From: a virus
Direction: 5' to 3' (one strand)
IMG/VR virus record: IMGVR_UViG_3300014152_000001
Location: 1 to 64,000 of that record
Length of the DNA: 64,000 bases
Part shown: positions 20,095 through 29,872 of the stretch, one piece after another
Numbering within the stretch: position 1 is the first letter of the stretch
Layout of the letters: each line of letters starts with the position of its first letter
Made by a program: the position numbers and the translations under genes
Notes under the pieces: generated by a model
Database searches by the model: none
Seen by the model: only the letters and a program-made list of their open reading frames with translations
Told to the model about the DNA's origin: nothing

Positions 20095-20373
20095 TTACGT
20101 TGTGGCATTTAAGGCTTGCGACTTCTTGCGTTCCTTCTCAAGTCTCCTCTTCTCGGCTTCAACAGTGAACTCATGGGCCAAAAGGAGTTCCTTTACTTCA
20201 AGAGTGGACATCTTGAGGGCTTCCTCTCTGGGGATGCCTATCTGGTCTTGAAGCACCTTCAGAACGACATACTTGTTGTATTTGTTCAGAATGGCCTTGG
20301 CTTCGCTTACTGTGGCAAGGTCTTTTCTTGTGGTGACTCCGGTGAGGGTGAGTTCCTTAAGAGCGATAAAAAA
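20095..20373 (-). CDS. -1 frameshift extension of the tail assembly chaperone (gpGT-like)
   Basis: The -1 frame opens right at the T TTT TTA heptamer (20373-20367) and runs ~90 codons to TAA at 20095. Confidence 0.8.
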   Translation of the reverse strand, partial: FFIALKELTLTGVTTRKDLATVSEAKAILNKYNKYVVLKVLQDQIGIPREEALKMSTLEVKELLLAHEFTVEAEKRRLEKERKKSQALNATT

Positions 20374-20657
20374 CTGGGTTCATATTGGTTGAACCTGTTT
20401 ATCTCAAGCCAAAGATGCAAAACCACTTCTCTATTCGTTATCTTCACCGCTTGTAGGGACTCAAACTTAGGGTCAATTGTTCCATAGAAGACATTGATGG
20501 CTTGCTGTTCTCTAACCAAAGCCCGTTGGTCTTTAATCCTGTCTCTGGCCTCGTCAACAAGGTCGTCTACAATTCCACCCTCTTCAAAGCCAAAACGTTG
20601 AATGACGTAGGGTTTGCCCTTAATCGTTAAAGTCTTAGTTTCGGTAGACACAAACAA
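20307..20657 (-). CDS. Tail assembly chaperone (gpG-like)
   Basis: Between tail tube and tape measure; contains the slippery site. Confidence 0.75.
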   Translation of the reverse strand: MFVSTETKTLTIKGKPYVIQRFGFEEGGIVDDLVDEARDRIKDQRALVREQQAINVFYGTIDPKFESLQAVKITNREVVLHLWLEINRFNQYEPSFLSLLRNSPSPESPQEKTLPQ

Positions 20658-20684
20658 TAGAGGAGCGAAAGGCTATATAAAGAT

Positions 20685-21068
20685 TTACCCTCTACGCAGT
20701 CTCTCGTGTCTCTCTCGTGCTTCCTCTGCATACCTGAGTTCCATAATCTCACTAGCGGCAGTCCCATACACGACATTCTGAAAGGGGTAGTCTCGCATGA
20801 CTTCGGCAACAGCATTCCCACTAGGATAAATTCCCATAGCCCGTAACATCTTTCCTACCTCTGCATCTCTCTTCGCTGACGTATAGATGCCCACAAAGGC
20901 AAGTGGAACGATTATTGCCCCCATCCCTATGAGTCCGTATACCAACACTTCAAAACTTCCCGTCAGCAATCCTAGCCCTGCCACTACAACCCCCATTAGG
21001 CAGACGATTCCTGAGACCCAATCCTTCTTCTTGTAGAAGTCCATGTGTTTTTTCACTCTCCTGAGCAA
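20685..21068 (-). CDS. 2-TM membrane protein inserted in the tail module
   Basis: Two TM helices; own TATA promoter. Confidence 0.65.
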   Translation of the reverse strand: MLRRVKKHMDFYKKKDWVSGIVCLMGVVVAGLGLLTGSFEVLVYGLIGMGAIIVPLAFVGIYTSAKRDAEVGKMLRAMGIYPSGNAVAEVMRDYPFQNVVYGTAASEIMELRYAEEARERHERLRRG

Positions 21069-21110
21069 TGGTATAGTCTGTGACCTTTATAAGGTTTCTT
21101 GCCGAAATCC

Positions 21111-22094
21111 TTAAGTTGTCAGTGAAACTGCGGCATTTGTGGCAGTCCAATCCAAACTTAGGGCAACTAGGTCAGCAATGGGTGTGGTGAGGTCTATCTT
21201 GGGCAGAACAGCACCAGTGTAATTCAAATAGTAGTTGGTTGCAGGCAGACTAAGTGTTCCCAACTTCAAAGAAATCTCTTGCTGAGACAGACCAGATGGA
21301 GCAGTCTCAGTGTCTGCATAAGCAGTGGTATATGGAATCTTGCTCTCGTTAGCAAATCCATAACTTCCTGCAACATCTATTGTATCGTAAGTTGCAGTGA
21401 GAGTGCCATCGGCTTTGCGTGTCAAAGTCGGAATGCTTCTGATGACATCCGTTCCAAACTGAGGCACACGCTGTAGGTTGTTGGTGATGGTAGCAGTGAA
21501 GGTCAAAGCCTGTGCTTTCGGAGTGCCAGCCGGAACCTGAATACTCTCCTGAGAGAAGTAGAATGGGATACAGACAGGAGTAGCAATGCCGGGGTCGTTA
21601 GGGAAGGTCACACCAGTAGGAAGCCCGTCAAGGATGTTTTGACACCAATAGGTGATTTCAACTTCGAGTGCCGCCCCTGTCTTACCACTAATCCTCACAC
21701 TGTTAGCCACTGCTCCAGTGACGGTGTAAACATTGCCATTCTCAAAGTCTTTGATAACGAAAGAATGAGAGACTGTATTGATTCCAATGTTGTTAATATC
21801 GTCAACTAGAAGGCCAAGGTCTGATAAGACTCCAGTATTACTAAGGGGTTGCGGCCAGTAGGTGATAGTGAAATCCACGTTTCTCTGTCCTTTCAGTAGG
21901 TAGGCAGGAAAGTTAGTGTTTCCATTCATTCTGTAAACAAAGATTGGGTTCTTGTCTATCGTTGCCTTTAAGTTCTGCACCGCACCAACCCAATAATATT
22001 GGACACTTGGAACTGCTGTTCCGTAGGTCGCCTCTGGATACCACCCTACTGCGGCACGCCAGCCTGCCGAGATTAACGGGAAAGTCGTTACCAT
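21111..22094 (-). CDS. Major tail tube protein
   Basis: EATYGT N-terminal motif, beta-rich, FTATITNNL; upstream of chaperone and tape measure. Confidence 0.8.
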   Translation of the reverse strand: MVTTFPLISAGWRAAVGWYPEATYGTAVPSVQYYWVGAVQNLKATIDKNPIFVYRMNGNTNFPAYLLKGQRNVDFTITYWPQPLSNTGVLSDLGLLVDDINNIGINTVSHSFVIKDFENGNVYTVTGAVANSVRISGKTGAALEVEITYWCQNILDGLPTGVTFPNDPGIATPVCIPFYFSQESIQVPAGTPKAQALTFTATITNNLQRVPQFGTDVIRSIPTLTRKADGTLTATYDTIDVAGSYGFANESKIPYTTAYADTETAPSGLSQQEISLKLGTLSLPATNYYLNYTGAVLPKIDLTTPIADLVALSLDWTATNAAVSLTT

Positions 22095-22134
22095 ACTAAG
22101 AAGATAAGGGCTTCCCTTCTATTTAAAGACTCTG

Positions 22135-22587
22135 CTACAAAGCGTAAGTCATCAAGAAGCCGTCTTCATCAGGATGACTGTAGTAGTGAGGAACAGTCAT
22201 ATTGACCACATATCCGAACTTCTTATACATCTGAATGGCAGACTCGTTGCTCTTCCGCACCTGAAGTGCGGCCATAGGCAGGTTCCTCGCCAACATCGCT
22301 CTGTGTGCCGTCTGCATCAATTTCTCTCCTATGCCCTGTCTCTGATGCTCCTTGTCCACGGCCACAGAAATGATAAGACCCATTCTAACATGGCTAACCA
22401 TCTCCTCTCTACACATGACGTAACCCACCACCTTACTGTCTACCTTGGCCACATAGAGCATATCTCCAAACTGATTAAGATGAACAGTCCAAAATCGAGG
22501 GGCATATGTTTCAGGCATACTGCTCTCGTTGAGAGCTATCATAGCGGCAAAGTCCTTCCTAGTAGGGTGCTCGATTAAGACGCTCAT
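22135..22587 (-). CDS. GNAT acetyltransferase (Ard1/RimI-like)
   Basis: N..SMPETY, ISVAVDKEHQRQGIGEKLM, LQVRKSN.SAI.MY, YY...EDG..M. Confidence 0.9.
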   Translation of the reverse strand: MSVLIEHPTRKDFAAMIALNESSMPETYAPRFWTVHLNQFGDMLYVAKVDSKVVGYVMCREEMVSHVRMGLIISVAVDKEHQRQGIGEKLMQTAHRAMLARNLPMAALQVRKSNESAIQMYKKFGYVVNMTVPHYYSHPDEDGFLMTYAL

Positions 22588-23165
22588 GACACCAACACCA
22601 TACGACAGATTTCTGCCTGTTCGATGGCATCTTGTAAGGCATTGTGAGTGTGCGGTGTAGTGATGCCTAAAGCCTTCTTAATATCCCCTTTATTTGTCTC
22701 ATACCAAGCCCTACCCATTTTTCCCATTGCATATGCCTTAATGTCTATGGCGTTGATACCAAATGGATTGTCTCCCAAGAAGTGATGGAAATACCAGTCT
22801 ACAAACTTGTAGTCGAAGACCGCATTGAAGCCCACAAAGACAGGTCTGCCTTTGGCGTTCTCTGCCAACCATTCAGCAAACTCCTTCATTGCAACTATTG
22901 GCATTGGGGCTTTCTCCCAACAACGTTTGATGAGGTCTGCCAGATGTGTGGCTGGCCACGCTGTCACTTCAGTATTCATGGGATGGATTTCGATGTAGAA
23001 CCTAACATTTGGGTTGGTCACTAAACAGGCTCCGATTGAGAGTAGAGAGTAATCACCGGGGATTGGGCCAGTTGCCTCTACATCAACAGAGACGTATCTA
23101 GACACATCTCCTTTCAACTCAAACCCACGGATTTCTAGGTCGCTCATGTGAACATCACTGCCCAA
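22584..23165 (-). CDS. DEDDh 3'-5' exonuclease
   Basis: VDVEATGP, FNAVFD, HNALQDA. Confidence 0.88.
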   Translation of the reverse strand: MGSDVHMSDLEIRGFELKGDVSRYVSVDVEATGPIPGDYSLLSIGACLVTNPNVRFYIEIHPMNTEVTAWPATHLADLIKRCWEKAPMPIVAMKEFAEWLAENAKGRPVFVGFNAVFDYKFVDWYFHHFLGDNPFGINAIDIKAYAMGKMGRAWYETNKGDIKKALGITTPHTHNALQDAIEQAEICRMVLVS

Positions 23166-23842
23166 ATCTCCTTACCCTTGGTCTCTCCGATTCTCCTTCC
23201 ACTTTCGAGTTTAATATCAGCAAGCCGCTTTACAATCCCTTCATCGAAGTCGCTGTTTTGCTCGATGAGATTCCGAACAGACCCATATTCCTTTCTGAGA
23301 GCCTTGCCCACCTTCGGCCCAAAAGCTTCCAAGAGATACTCCTTCTTCTTGGCTGTGTCCCAATTCCTGCGGAATCCGCCACGTTCAGGGAACTCTCTCT
23401 TTTCTTTGGCTTTGCCTAACTTAGCATTCTCATACGAAAGGAAGAGTGCTGTATCCTGCTTATCCATAGTGAGAATCAACCCTACCTTGAAAGCCCGAAA
23501 CGCTACTAATGCTTCATAGAATGCCATTTTACGGTCAGGATGTAAGTCCATCCACTGCTTGAGAGAGAGCCACCGCTTTTCGGCAAAGTCATAGAAACCA
23601 GTCCCTTCGAGTATAACGTAGGGTTCGTAGGCTTCTTTGTTGTCTGAAAGCATCTTCAACTGTTCCCAAATGCGACCATCTACAATAGAGGCAAGAAAAT
23701 CCTTAATCTCTTTCCTTTCATACATTCTATTCTTCTCTACGCCCTGCACTATAGCGTCTGTAGCAATCTCAGAGTCCACTACAGTATCGGGTGGAAGCCA
23801 CTCCTTCAATGTGTTGTATTCCTGTTGATTGACGTATAACAC
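23144..23842 (-). CDS. ERCC4 (XPF/Mus81/Hef-type) nuclease with HhH
   Basis: D.IV...ERK..KDF..SI.DGRIWEQ, VILEG, C-terminal HhH. Confidence 0.85.
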   Translation of the reverse strand: MLYVNQQEYNTLKEWLPPDTVVDSEIATDAIVQGVEKNRMYERKEIKDFLASIVDGRIWEQLKMLSDNKEAYEPYVILEGTGFYDFAEKRWLSLKQWMDLHPDRKMAFYEALVAFRAFKVGLILTMDKQDTALFLSYENAKLGKAKEKREFPERGGFRRNWDTAKKKEYLLEAFGPKVGKALRKEYGSVRNLIEQNSDFDEGIVKRLADIKLESGRRIGETKGKEIWAVMFT

Positions 23843-23844
23843 GA

Positions 23845-24069
23845 CTATCCCTTGTTCCTCTGTGTTAATAAGGATTTCAACGTCTTGAGGGAGGTATTAT
23901 CGTCCCAACTCACGTTCCTTTGAATGGACTTGGCGTAGCAAGAATCTCCCATAGGAAAAGACATTCCAGTAACGCCTAGCGTGGCCAACTCCTTCCCACC
24001 ACAAAAGATACACATCTTGGTATCAAATTCCGGCACATCTCCCAACAGATTAGTTGTTCCCTTTACCAT
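23845..24069 (-). CDS. Small Zn-finger-like protein
   Basis: CIFCG...DSC. Confidence 0.5.
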   Translation of the reverse strand: MVKGTTNLLGDVPEFDTKMCIFCGGKELATLGVTGMSFPMGDSCYAKSIQRNVSWDDNTSLKTLKSLLTQRNKG

Positions 24070-24121
24070 ACCACCCCCTATGACACAAACCTTTATATAC
24101 TTTTCGGTCTATTTAGTAAAC

Positions 24122-24475
24122 ATGAAACCTCTAACTCTCGAATACACGGCTGGAATCATAGATGGAGAAGGGAGTCTGGGTCTACATACTAACCACAAGA
24201 CGATGGTTCAGCAACCTGCTATATCGGTTAATCTGGTGAAAACACCCGAATCTGAGGCATTGCTCCAAGGTTTCTTGAATCTATTGGGTGGCCATGTTTA
24301 CACCAAACCCAAAGAGTATTGGACAAAGTATGGTCTTAATGCTAGAGACCAGATTGAATGGAGACTCTACGGCAGTAAAGAGATTTACGATGTATGTAAG
24401 ATACTCCTTCCTTATCTCAAATTGAAACAGAAAGATTGCAAAATTCTCATGAAATTCTGTGCAAAACACTTATAA
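24122..24475 (+). CDS. Single-motif LAGLIDADG homing endonuclease
   Basis: YTAGIIDGEGS, ILLPYLKLK; TATA at ~24092; ATG at 24122. Confidence 0.88.
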   Translation: MKPLTLEYTAGIIDGEGSLGLHTNHKTMVQQPAISVNLVKTPESEALLQGFLNLLGGHVYTKPKEYWTKYGLNARDQIEWRLYGSKEIYDVCKILLPYLKLKQKDCKILMKFCAKHL

Positions 24476-24498
24476 ACCTTTAGATGGTAGGGTAGGGC

Positions 24499-24633
24499 AT
24501 GGAATTGGGATTTAGTCATGTCTGTGCCTGCAAGTGCGGATGCAAAAGGCTGATTCCTGAGTTCCATAACATCTGCATAAAATGTCAACTAGGTGAACAC
24601 TTAAATAGGATGGCAAGAGAGGGTCTGGTATGA
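24499..24633 (+). CDS. 44-aa Cys-rich protein
   Basis: Manual translation MELGFSHVCACKCGCKR...CIKCQLGEH. Confidence 0.55.
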   Translation: MELGFSHVCACKCGCKRLIPEFHNICIKCQLGEHLNRMAREGLV

Positions 24634-24917
24634 GTTCGAGAAATCCAGACAGACCAGACCCAGACTCGCACAGTTGTTGGGGCAAGGCTCGTGAGATACA
24701 GCGAAGGACGGGTATCCTTCTAGGTCTAGAAGCCCACTCCATCATCTCAGAGATGTGCCGACTATGGGGCACACAAAATGCAGACGAGTTCTACATGAGG
24801 ATGAACTCCATGTCCGATGCCCAACTTGCGGCAGACGTAGAAGCGGCCAAGGCAAAGTTGAGAAAGAAAAAAGGTTTGACGATGGCAGACCAAATAGAGG
24901 TCGCGGCCTATGCTTGA
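24630..24917 (+). CDS. Hypothetical protein
   Basis: cttaaatag promoter at ~24600. Confidence 0.6.
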   Translation: MSSRNPDRPDPDSHSCWGKAREIQRRTGILLGLEAHSIISEMCRLWGTQNADEFYMRMNSMSDAQLAADVEAAKAKLRKKKGLTMADQIEVAAYA

Positions 24918-25077
24918 AGAGAAGTGTCGAAAACCATTGGACAGTTTGGTAGGGCCGATTGCCCTCTGTTGTCTTGACCCAAATCATAGTGGGTATCATA
25001 AGGGCATCACCTTCTATGGGCGATGGGTAGAATGGGAAGGATTCGATATAAGATTGGGTGAGTCAGCATTTGCCTGA
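24910..25077 (+). CDS. 55-aa protein with C.L...H.G.H motif
   Basis: Manual translation; overlaps both neighbours. Confidence 0.5.
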   Translation: MLEEKCRKPLDSLVGPIALCCLDPNHSGYHKGITFYGRWVEWEGFDIRLGESAFA

Positions 25078-25723
25078 GACCCACAAACTTTCTGACGTTG
25101 AGAGACAAACCGTCCAACAGAACATCCAAAGACGCATGGACGAACTCTTCCAGTGGACTCAAGTGAAGATGGCTCTCCGTCTACTCAAGGAAGACGAGGG
25201 CATAAATCAGGAAGAACTGAAGTATACGGAACAGGGAGTGAACGGTGTCTTTAATGATATGCTCAAAAGTTTCGTGCCAAGAGTGGAGAAGAGAAAGAAG
25301 ACCTTTATCGAGATGGCGGATACAGACTTCGACAAGAGTGTGATGAGCGACCCTTTGCTTACTCTCTTCCGAAAGGGAGAGTTCATTTACCACATCACTG
25401 CCCCAGACTACGAAGAGAAAGAGCACCCTATCAAAGACCTTGCCTACGCCCCACCTAGCACCAATCGTTTCATGTTGATTGGAACTGTGGGTGGACAAGA
25501 TTGGGCAATCGTAGACTCCAATCCAGTCACTTCAGCAGTTGTTTCAACCAAACCAGATGGCACACCAGACCAAACGGTCAGCCACGGAGTCTACAGGATA
25601 TACTGTTTCAAGTGTAAAGAGTTCTTCGTCTACGAAATGAACGAGGGACAGAACGCAGACCAGATAGCCTGCGACAAGTGCAACAGCACTATCATTGAGA
25701 GACGGGCTCGGATTCGTCAGTAG
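25058..25723 (+). CDS. Hypothetical protein with C-terminal Zn ribbon
   Basis: CFKC...CDKC. Confidence 0.65.
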   Translation: MSQHLPETHKLSDVERQTVQQNIQRRMDELFQWTQVKMALRLLKEDEGINQEELKYTEQGVNGVFNDMLKSFVPRVEKRKKTFIEMADTDFDKSVMSDPLLTLFRKGEFIYHITAPDYEEKEHPIKDLAYAPPSTNRFMLIGTVGGQDWAIVDSNPVTSAVVSTKPDGTPDQTVSHGVYRIYCFKCKEFFVYEMNEGQNADQIACDKCNSTIIERRARIRQ

Positions 25724-25898
25724 TTTCAAAGACACAAACCCAATCCAAGAAAGTAATACTACCATCCGCTTCTATCCTGTGATATGGCGGCTCAGAAGAC
25801 GAGAAGGGTAGATAGGTCAACTCTCCTGTATGCTCAAGTCCCTCTTCAGGGATGTCACAAATGAGACCGTAATATAAGACCTTAACCCGCTTAGTCAC
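25692..25898 (-). CDS. Hypothetical protein
   Basis: aatctttatatag promoter on minus strand. Confidence 0.5.
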   Translation of the reverse strand: MTKRVKVLYYGLICDIPEEGLEHTGELTYLPFSSSEPPYHRIEADGSITFLDWVCVFETTDESEPVSQ

Positions 25899-25938
25899 AA
25901 CAGTTATTAAGGTGTGGATACTATATAAAGATTTGATG

Positions 25939-26373
25939 TCATAAATACTGATTATGAAGTTCTGTGTTCTTGAAACGTTTTACAAATTGACAATTCATGC
26001 AAAGCACCTGATAGCCAGTTGGATAGTTATTGGCTCGAAGCCATGTGTAGAATGCCCATCCCCCATGTTTATTTAACTTGCTTCTCTCTTTACCACCTTT
26101 TCCATTAATATGGTCTATCGAGAGAGCCAGAATGTTTGTATAGGGCTTTTCGTGCTCACCGAATGGGTTGACACATTGGGGTGGGTCTGTGCCAGAATAG
26201 TAGGAAAAGACATCATGTTTCAACTTACTCTTAGACCGCACAACTGCTTCTCTATTGTAGAGCCTAACCTTGGCTCGATTGGTAGAATAGTATTCTCTTT
26301 CCTTTAGCCTTATTTCTTCTCTATGCTTTACACGATAGCGTCTATTACGTTCTAACTTCTTAGCGTCATTCAT
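25939..26373 (-). CDS. HNH-like endonuclease, paralog 4
   Basis: YSGTDPPQCVNPFGEH...SIDHING...YQVLCMNCQ. Confidence 0.82.
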   Translation of the reverse strand: MNDAKKLERNRRYRVKHREEIRLKEREYYSTNRAKVRLYNREAVVRSKSKLKHDVFSYYSGTDPPQCVNPFGEHEKPYTNILALSIDHINGKGGKERSKLNKHGGWAFYTWLRANNYPTGYQVLCMNCQFVKRFKNTELHNQYL

Positions 26374-26390
26374 TATTCTATAAAGGAATG

Positions 26391-26416
26391 AGGGACTATT
26401 TAAACCTTTATATAGG
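26391..26416. promoter_or_regulatory. Back-to-back divergent TATA boxes (HNH4 / terminase)
   Basis: gggactatttaaacctttatatagg; each box lies ~25 nt from its start codon. Confidence 0.7.
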
Positions 26417-26441
26417 ATTATCCCAATAATACATTGGTGAT

Positions 26442-28001
26442 GTGTCCATAAGCACCGTCAATGAACGACTCCTCAAGACCATAGAGACTGAGTTCGGTCA
26501 AATCAAGGACATCCAACCAAAGAACGTAACGTTAGACCTTAGTGACCCCGTTACCTTCGTTGAGAAGTATGTAGCCATCCCAGACAAGGCTCCACCCGAA
26601 CAGACGACTTGGTTCGAGAAGCGGCCTTGGCTCCCAGAACTCTACCGAGATGAAAGCAAACGTATCATCATAGTGAAAGGAAGACAGATGGAAGTCTCCG
26701 AGTATGCTGTCAATATGCTCTTCTACTGGGGTCTCAAATGGCCGGGAAAGTATATCTACGCCTCATCTTCGGGTGAGAAGGCAGACAACTTCAGCCATGA
26801 CCGTTTCCAAAAGCAACTGCTCCGAAGCCCCACCCTTCAAGCCCTTGTAAGTGGGCAAGCGGTCAGAAGGATTGTCTATGGCAATTCCCAACTCTACTTC
26901 ATGACAGGTTATGAGGACACCAAGACCTTGAGAAGCATTGACGCTGATGGCATCATCCTTGACGAGTTCCAAGACTATAGAGCCAATGCCGTCCCTATCG
27001 CAGAAGAGGGCATCCAACACAGTGCTCTGAAGAGGTTGTGGGTAATCGGAACACCTCTACTGACCGGAACCAACTTCTCCAACCTATGGGACAACAGCAC
27101 AAAGAAAGAATGGAAAACAGACAAACAAATATGGGAAGTGGGCAATCCTGAGTCTGATAAGGCGTGGTCTGGATACCACATCAGTCAAGATTTCGCTGTG
27201 AATGTCTGGATTACACCAGAAGACATGGAATACAGACGCAAAAAGAAGCCACGACAGGAGTTCATGAACGAAGTCTTAGGACTGTTCTATGCAGGTCTTG
27301 GTAGACCAACCGACTACGGTTACATGAGAACCCTCTTCAGTCCAACCTTGTCAAAGGGGCAGTTTGCAACAAACGACTTGCTACTGGCTGGTGTGGATTG
27401 GGGTGTCTCTAAGGCCAACACCGTCTTCTACGTCATCCGCCCCAGACTCTTGGAGTTGCCAGACATCTACACTCTCGACACCATCTACATAGAGAAGGTA
27501 GAAGACCCCGACCTCACCAAACAAATTGACAGAGTAGAGACCTTACTCAAGACTTTTCCCATAAGACTGGCCATGTTAGATTATGGTTCGGGCTTTGTCC
27601 AGAATCAGACTCTCTTTAAGAAGTTCGGCAATCGTGTGATGCAAGTGGAGTTGGGCAGTGGCAAAGCAGGTCAACCCATCACCATCGAGAACACTGCCTT
27701 TGGCAACTTTGTGAAGGTGAACAGAACATGGGCCATTGATACGGCTATGGATTTCGTCACCAAACCGGAGAGGTTCAGATTCTACAATGAAGTAGACGAA
27801 GGGACGCGAGATTGGATTATCAGCGACTTCCTAGCGGAGTATCCAGAGAACAGCACAACCACAGGCAAGAAGATATGGGTTCACAACCCCGATACTACAG
27901 ATGACGTTCTCATGGCCTTTGTCAACGCTGTAATAGGCTTTAATCTCCAGAAGAGAACCACAGTCTCAGGAGACGCATCAGATTGGATTAGTTTCGTTTG
28001 A
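26442..28001 (+). CDS. terL: Terminase large subunit
   Basis: VKGRQMEVSE Walker A, IILDEFQD Walker B, IGTP, GVDWG nuclease motif, DD.LMA. Confidence 0.92.
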   Translation: MSISTVNERLLKTIETEFGQIKDIQPKNVTLDLSDPVTFVEKYVAIPDKAPPEQTTWFEKRPWLPELYRDESKRIIIVKGRQMEVSEYAVNMLFYWGLKWPGKYIYASSSGEKADNFSHDRFQKQLLRSPTLQALVSGQAVRRIVYGNSQLYFMTGYEDTKTLRSIDADGIILDEFQDYRANAVPIAEEGIQHSALKRLWVIGTPLLTGTNFSNLWDNSTKKEWKTDKQIWEVGNPESDKAWSGYHISQDFAVNVWITPEDMEYRRKKKPRQEFMNEVLGLFYAGLGRPTDYGYMRTLFSPTLSKGQFATNDLLLAGVDWGVSKANTVFYVIRPRLLELPDIYTLDTIYIEKVEDPDLTKQIDRVETLLKTFPIRLAMLDYGSGFVQNQTLFKKFGNRVMQVELGSGKAGQPITIENTAFGNFVKVNRTWAIDTAMDFVTKPERFRFYNEVDEGTRDWIISDFLAEYPENSTTTGKKIWVHNPDTTDDVLMAFVNAVIGFNLQKRTTVSGDASDWISFV

Positions 28002-28039
28002 GAGGCTTTAAATAGTCCCTTTACCTTATTCAATGTAGT

Positions 28040-29506
28040 ATGGCACAGCCACCGGATGAAGGAGTCATCCCTAGCAACCCAGATGTTTGGAATTACATTG
28101 AACCAAATACCTCAGAGCCAGAGTCAGAGCCAACGCCACAACAGCCAGAAACGCCTGCTCCTTACGACACAATAGAGGTTGCATTGGACGGATGGACTTA
28201 TCGCCTTTGGAGACAATGGTTAGGAGAGGACGAGCAAGAGCAAAGGAAGAACGTAGACCTGCTCACTGATATACTTCAACGATATGACCCCTCCGCAACA
28301 TCGCTTTTGGAAGGGTCAAAGTCCCAACCAGACTCTCCCGACCCCTACTCATGGGTATTTAGATTTGGTCTGTATGGAGACCCTGCAAAAGTGACGGAAG
28401 CAATCGAAAACCTTGACTCTCAATTCCTTAAGATAACCCAAAAATTCAAGGTCATACCCGGAACAGCAAAGGCACTCGTAACAAGAATGGACGGGACAGA
28501 AGAGGCCGTTGAACTTCCAAAGGATATGGTTTCCGCAGACATCGCTACTACCACATATAGGCTTCTCGATTTGGTGCAGACGGGTGGAAGAGTTAAATCG
28601 TCTCCTGAAACCGAATCTAGAACCTCGGAACTTCGTCAAATCACATCCCCTGCTTCTGGTGAGTATTGCACTGCACATGGTAAGACGGGTGAGGAACATA
28701 CCGATGAAGAGAGAGAACAAGACATACTGGGAGTAAAAGGAGAGGAAGGTGCACAATGTATCGAATGCGGTGCTCCAATGAATCCTGTTCAAAGTATGCT
28801 GAGTTCGTCTTCAGGGAAGTGTGCAGATTGTATCCAAAAGGCACACAACAGAGCCGTTGGAAAGGGCGAGGAAGAGCCGTGCCAAAAGCATAATAAGGAA
28901 TGGAAAGACCACTCCTTTGACGAGGCGATGGAAGACATGACCAGAGAAGTGGACACACTATACGAAGAGCAAGCATGGTTGCCGGGGTATCAGGCCGTTC
29001 CGAAAGCACTGAAAGAGGGAAAGCCAACAGACCATCTTCCAAAAGACACAAAAGGGCTACCATATACAGATGACTTGCCCACTTCCGAGACTACTGAGTT
29101 CGATAAGATGGGAAGACCCATCATACCTTACACTGAACAAGAACCCACTCCAGAACCAGAGCCACAACCTAACTGGGGCAGATGGAGAAAGGACGTAGAC
29201 ACCTACAACACAGAGATGTCCAACCTCATTGACACCGTTCTTCAAATCGGAGATGACCCAACAGGAACTCCTGAAGCCATCGAAAAGACGACAAAAGTGG
29301 CCGGAGACAGAATGAAAGAGATTGTAGACTGGGCAACAGAGTTGCTTGAGAAGGTCACGGAAGCGATGAAAACCTCTCTAGATACGGGCCAAGACTCTGA
29401 GTATATCATAGACAACCTACAGAACATAATCGACTACGGAAACCGCTTCCATATGCTTCTCATTCAGAACGAGGAAAAGGCCAAATCAATGGACATCCCT
29501 CAGTAA
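28040..29506 (+). CDS. Acidic modular protein with Zn-binding modules
   Basis: KGEE-delimited modules, CIECG..CADC; tttaaatag promoter. Confidence 0.7.
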   Translation: MAQPPDEGVIPSNPDVWNYIEPNTSEPESEPTPQQPETPAPYDTIEVALDGWTYRLWRQWLGEDEQEQRKNVDLLTDILQRYDPSATSLLEGSKSQPDSPDPYSWVFRFGLYGDPAKVTEAIENLDSQFLKITQKFKVIPGTAKALVTRMDGTEEAVELPKDMVSADIATTTYRLLDLVQTGGRVKSSPETESRTSELRQITSPASGEYCTAHGKTGEEHTDEEREQDILGVKGEEGAQCIECGAPMNPVQSMLSSSSGKCADCIQKAHNRAVGKGEEEPCQKHNKEWKDHSFDEAMEDMTREVDTLYEEQAWLPGYQAVPKALKEGKPTDHLPKDTKGLPYTDDLPTSETTEFDKMGRPIIPYTEQEPTPEPEPQPNWGRWRKDVDTYNTEMSNLIDTVLQIGDDPTGTPEAIEKTTKVAGDRMKEIVDWATELLEKVTEAMKTSLDTGQDSEYIIDNLQNIIDYGNRFHMLLIQNEEKAKSMDIPQ

Positions 29507-29545
29507 GTAGAATCTTTATATAGCAAGAAGGGGCATAGACACATC

Positions 29546-29872
29546 ATGAGTCTTACAAACGAGGTTCCAAAGACCGAAGCACAAGTAATGAAAGTAATGC
29601 GAAACCTCTTCACATCCGAATATGCCCTTGAGAAGCCCGACAGAGAACTTGTCTTTCGCCTTATGCAATATGGCAAAGACAAAGCAGGATTGGATAAGGA
29701 AGAAATAACGCTTCTTCAGAATCGAGGACTGATGGATAAGGACGAGACCTTTCTGATACCAGATGAGTTCTGGTTTCGGGGCTTGGTCACACCGTCCTTT
29801 TGGCTCAAGTGTCTGCTGGCTTTCCACGGTTTGATGGACTTCAACGGACTTCAAGGTGAAGCGAAGAAATGA
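29546..29872 (+). CDS. Hypothetical protein
   Basis: gaatctttatatag promoter. Confidence 0.6.
   Translation: MSLTNEVPKTEAQVMKVMRNLFTSEYALEKPDRELVFRLMQYGKDKAGLDKEEITLLQNRGLMDKDETFLIPDEFWFRGLVTPSFWLKCLLAFHGLMDFNGLQGEAKK

Noticed and set aside
23981-24475. LAGLIDADG gene as part of an intron or intein
   Set aside because: It has its own TATA box and ATG (24122), and no interrupted host gene flanks it.
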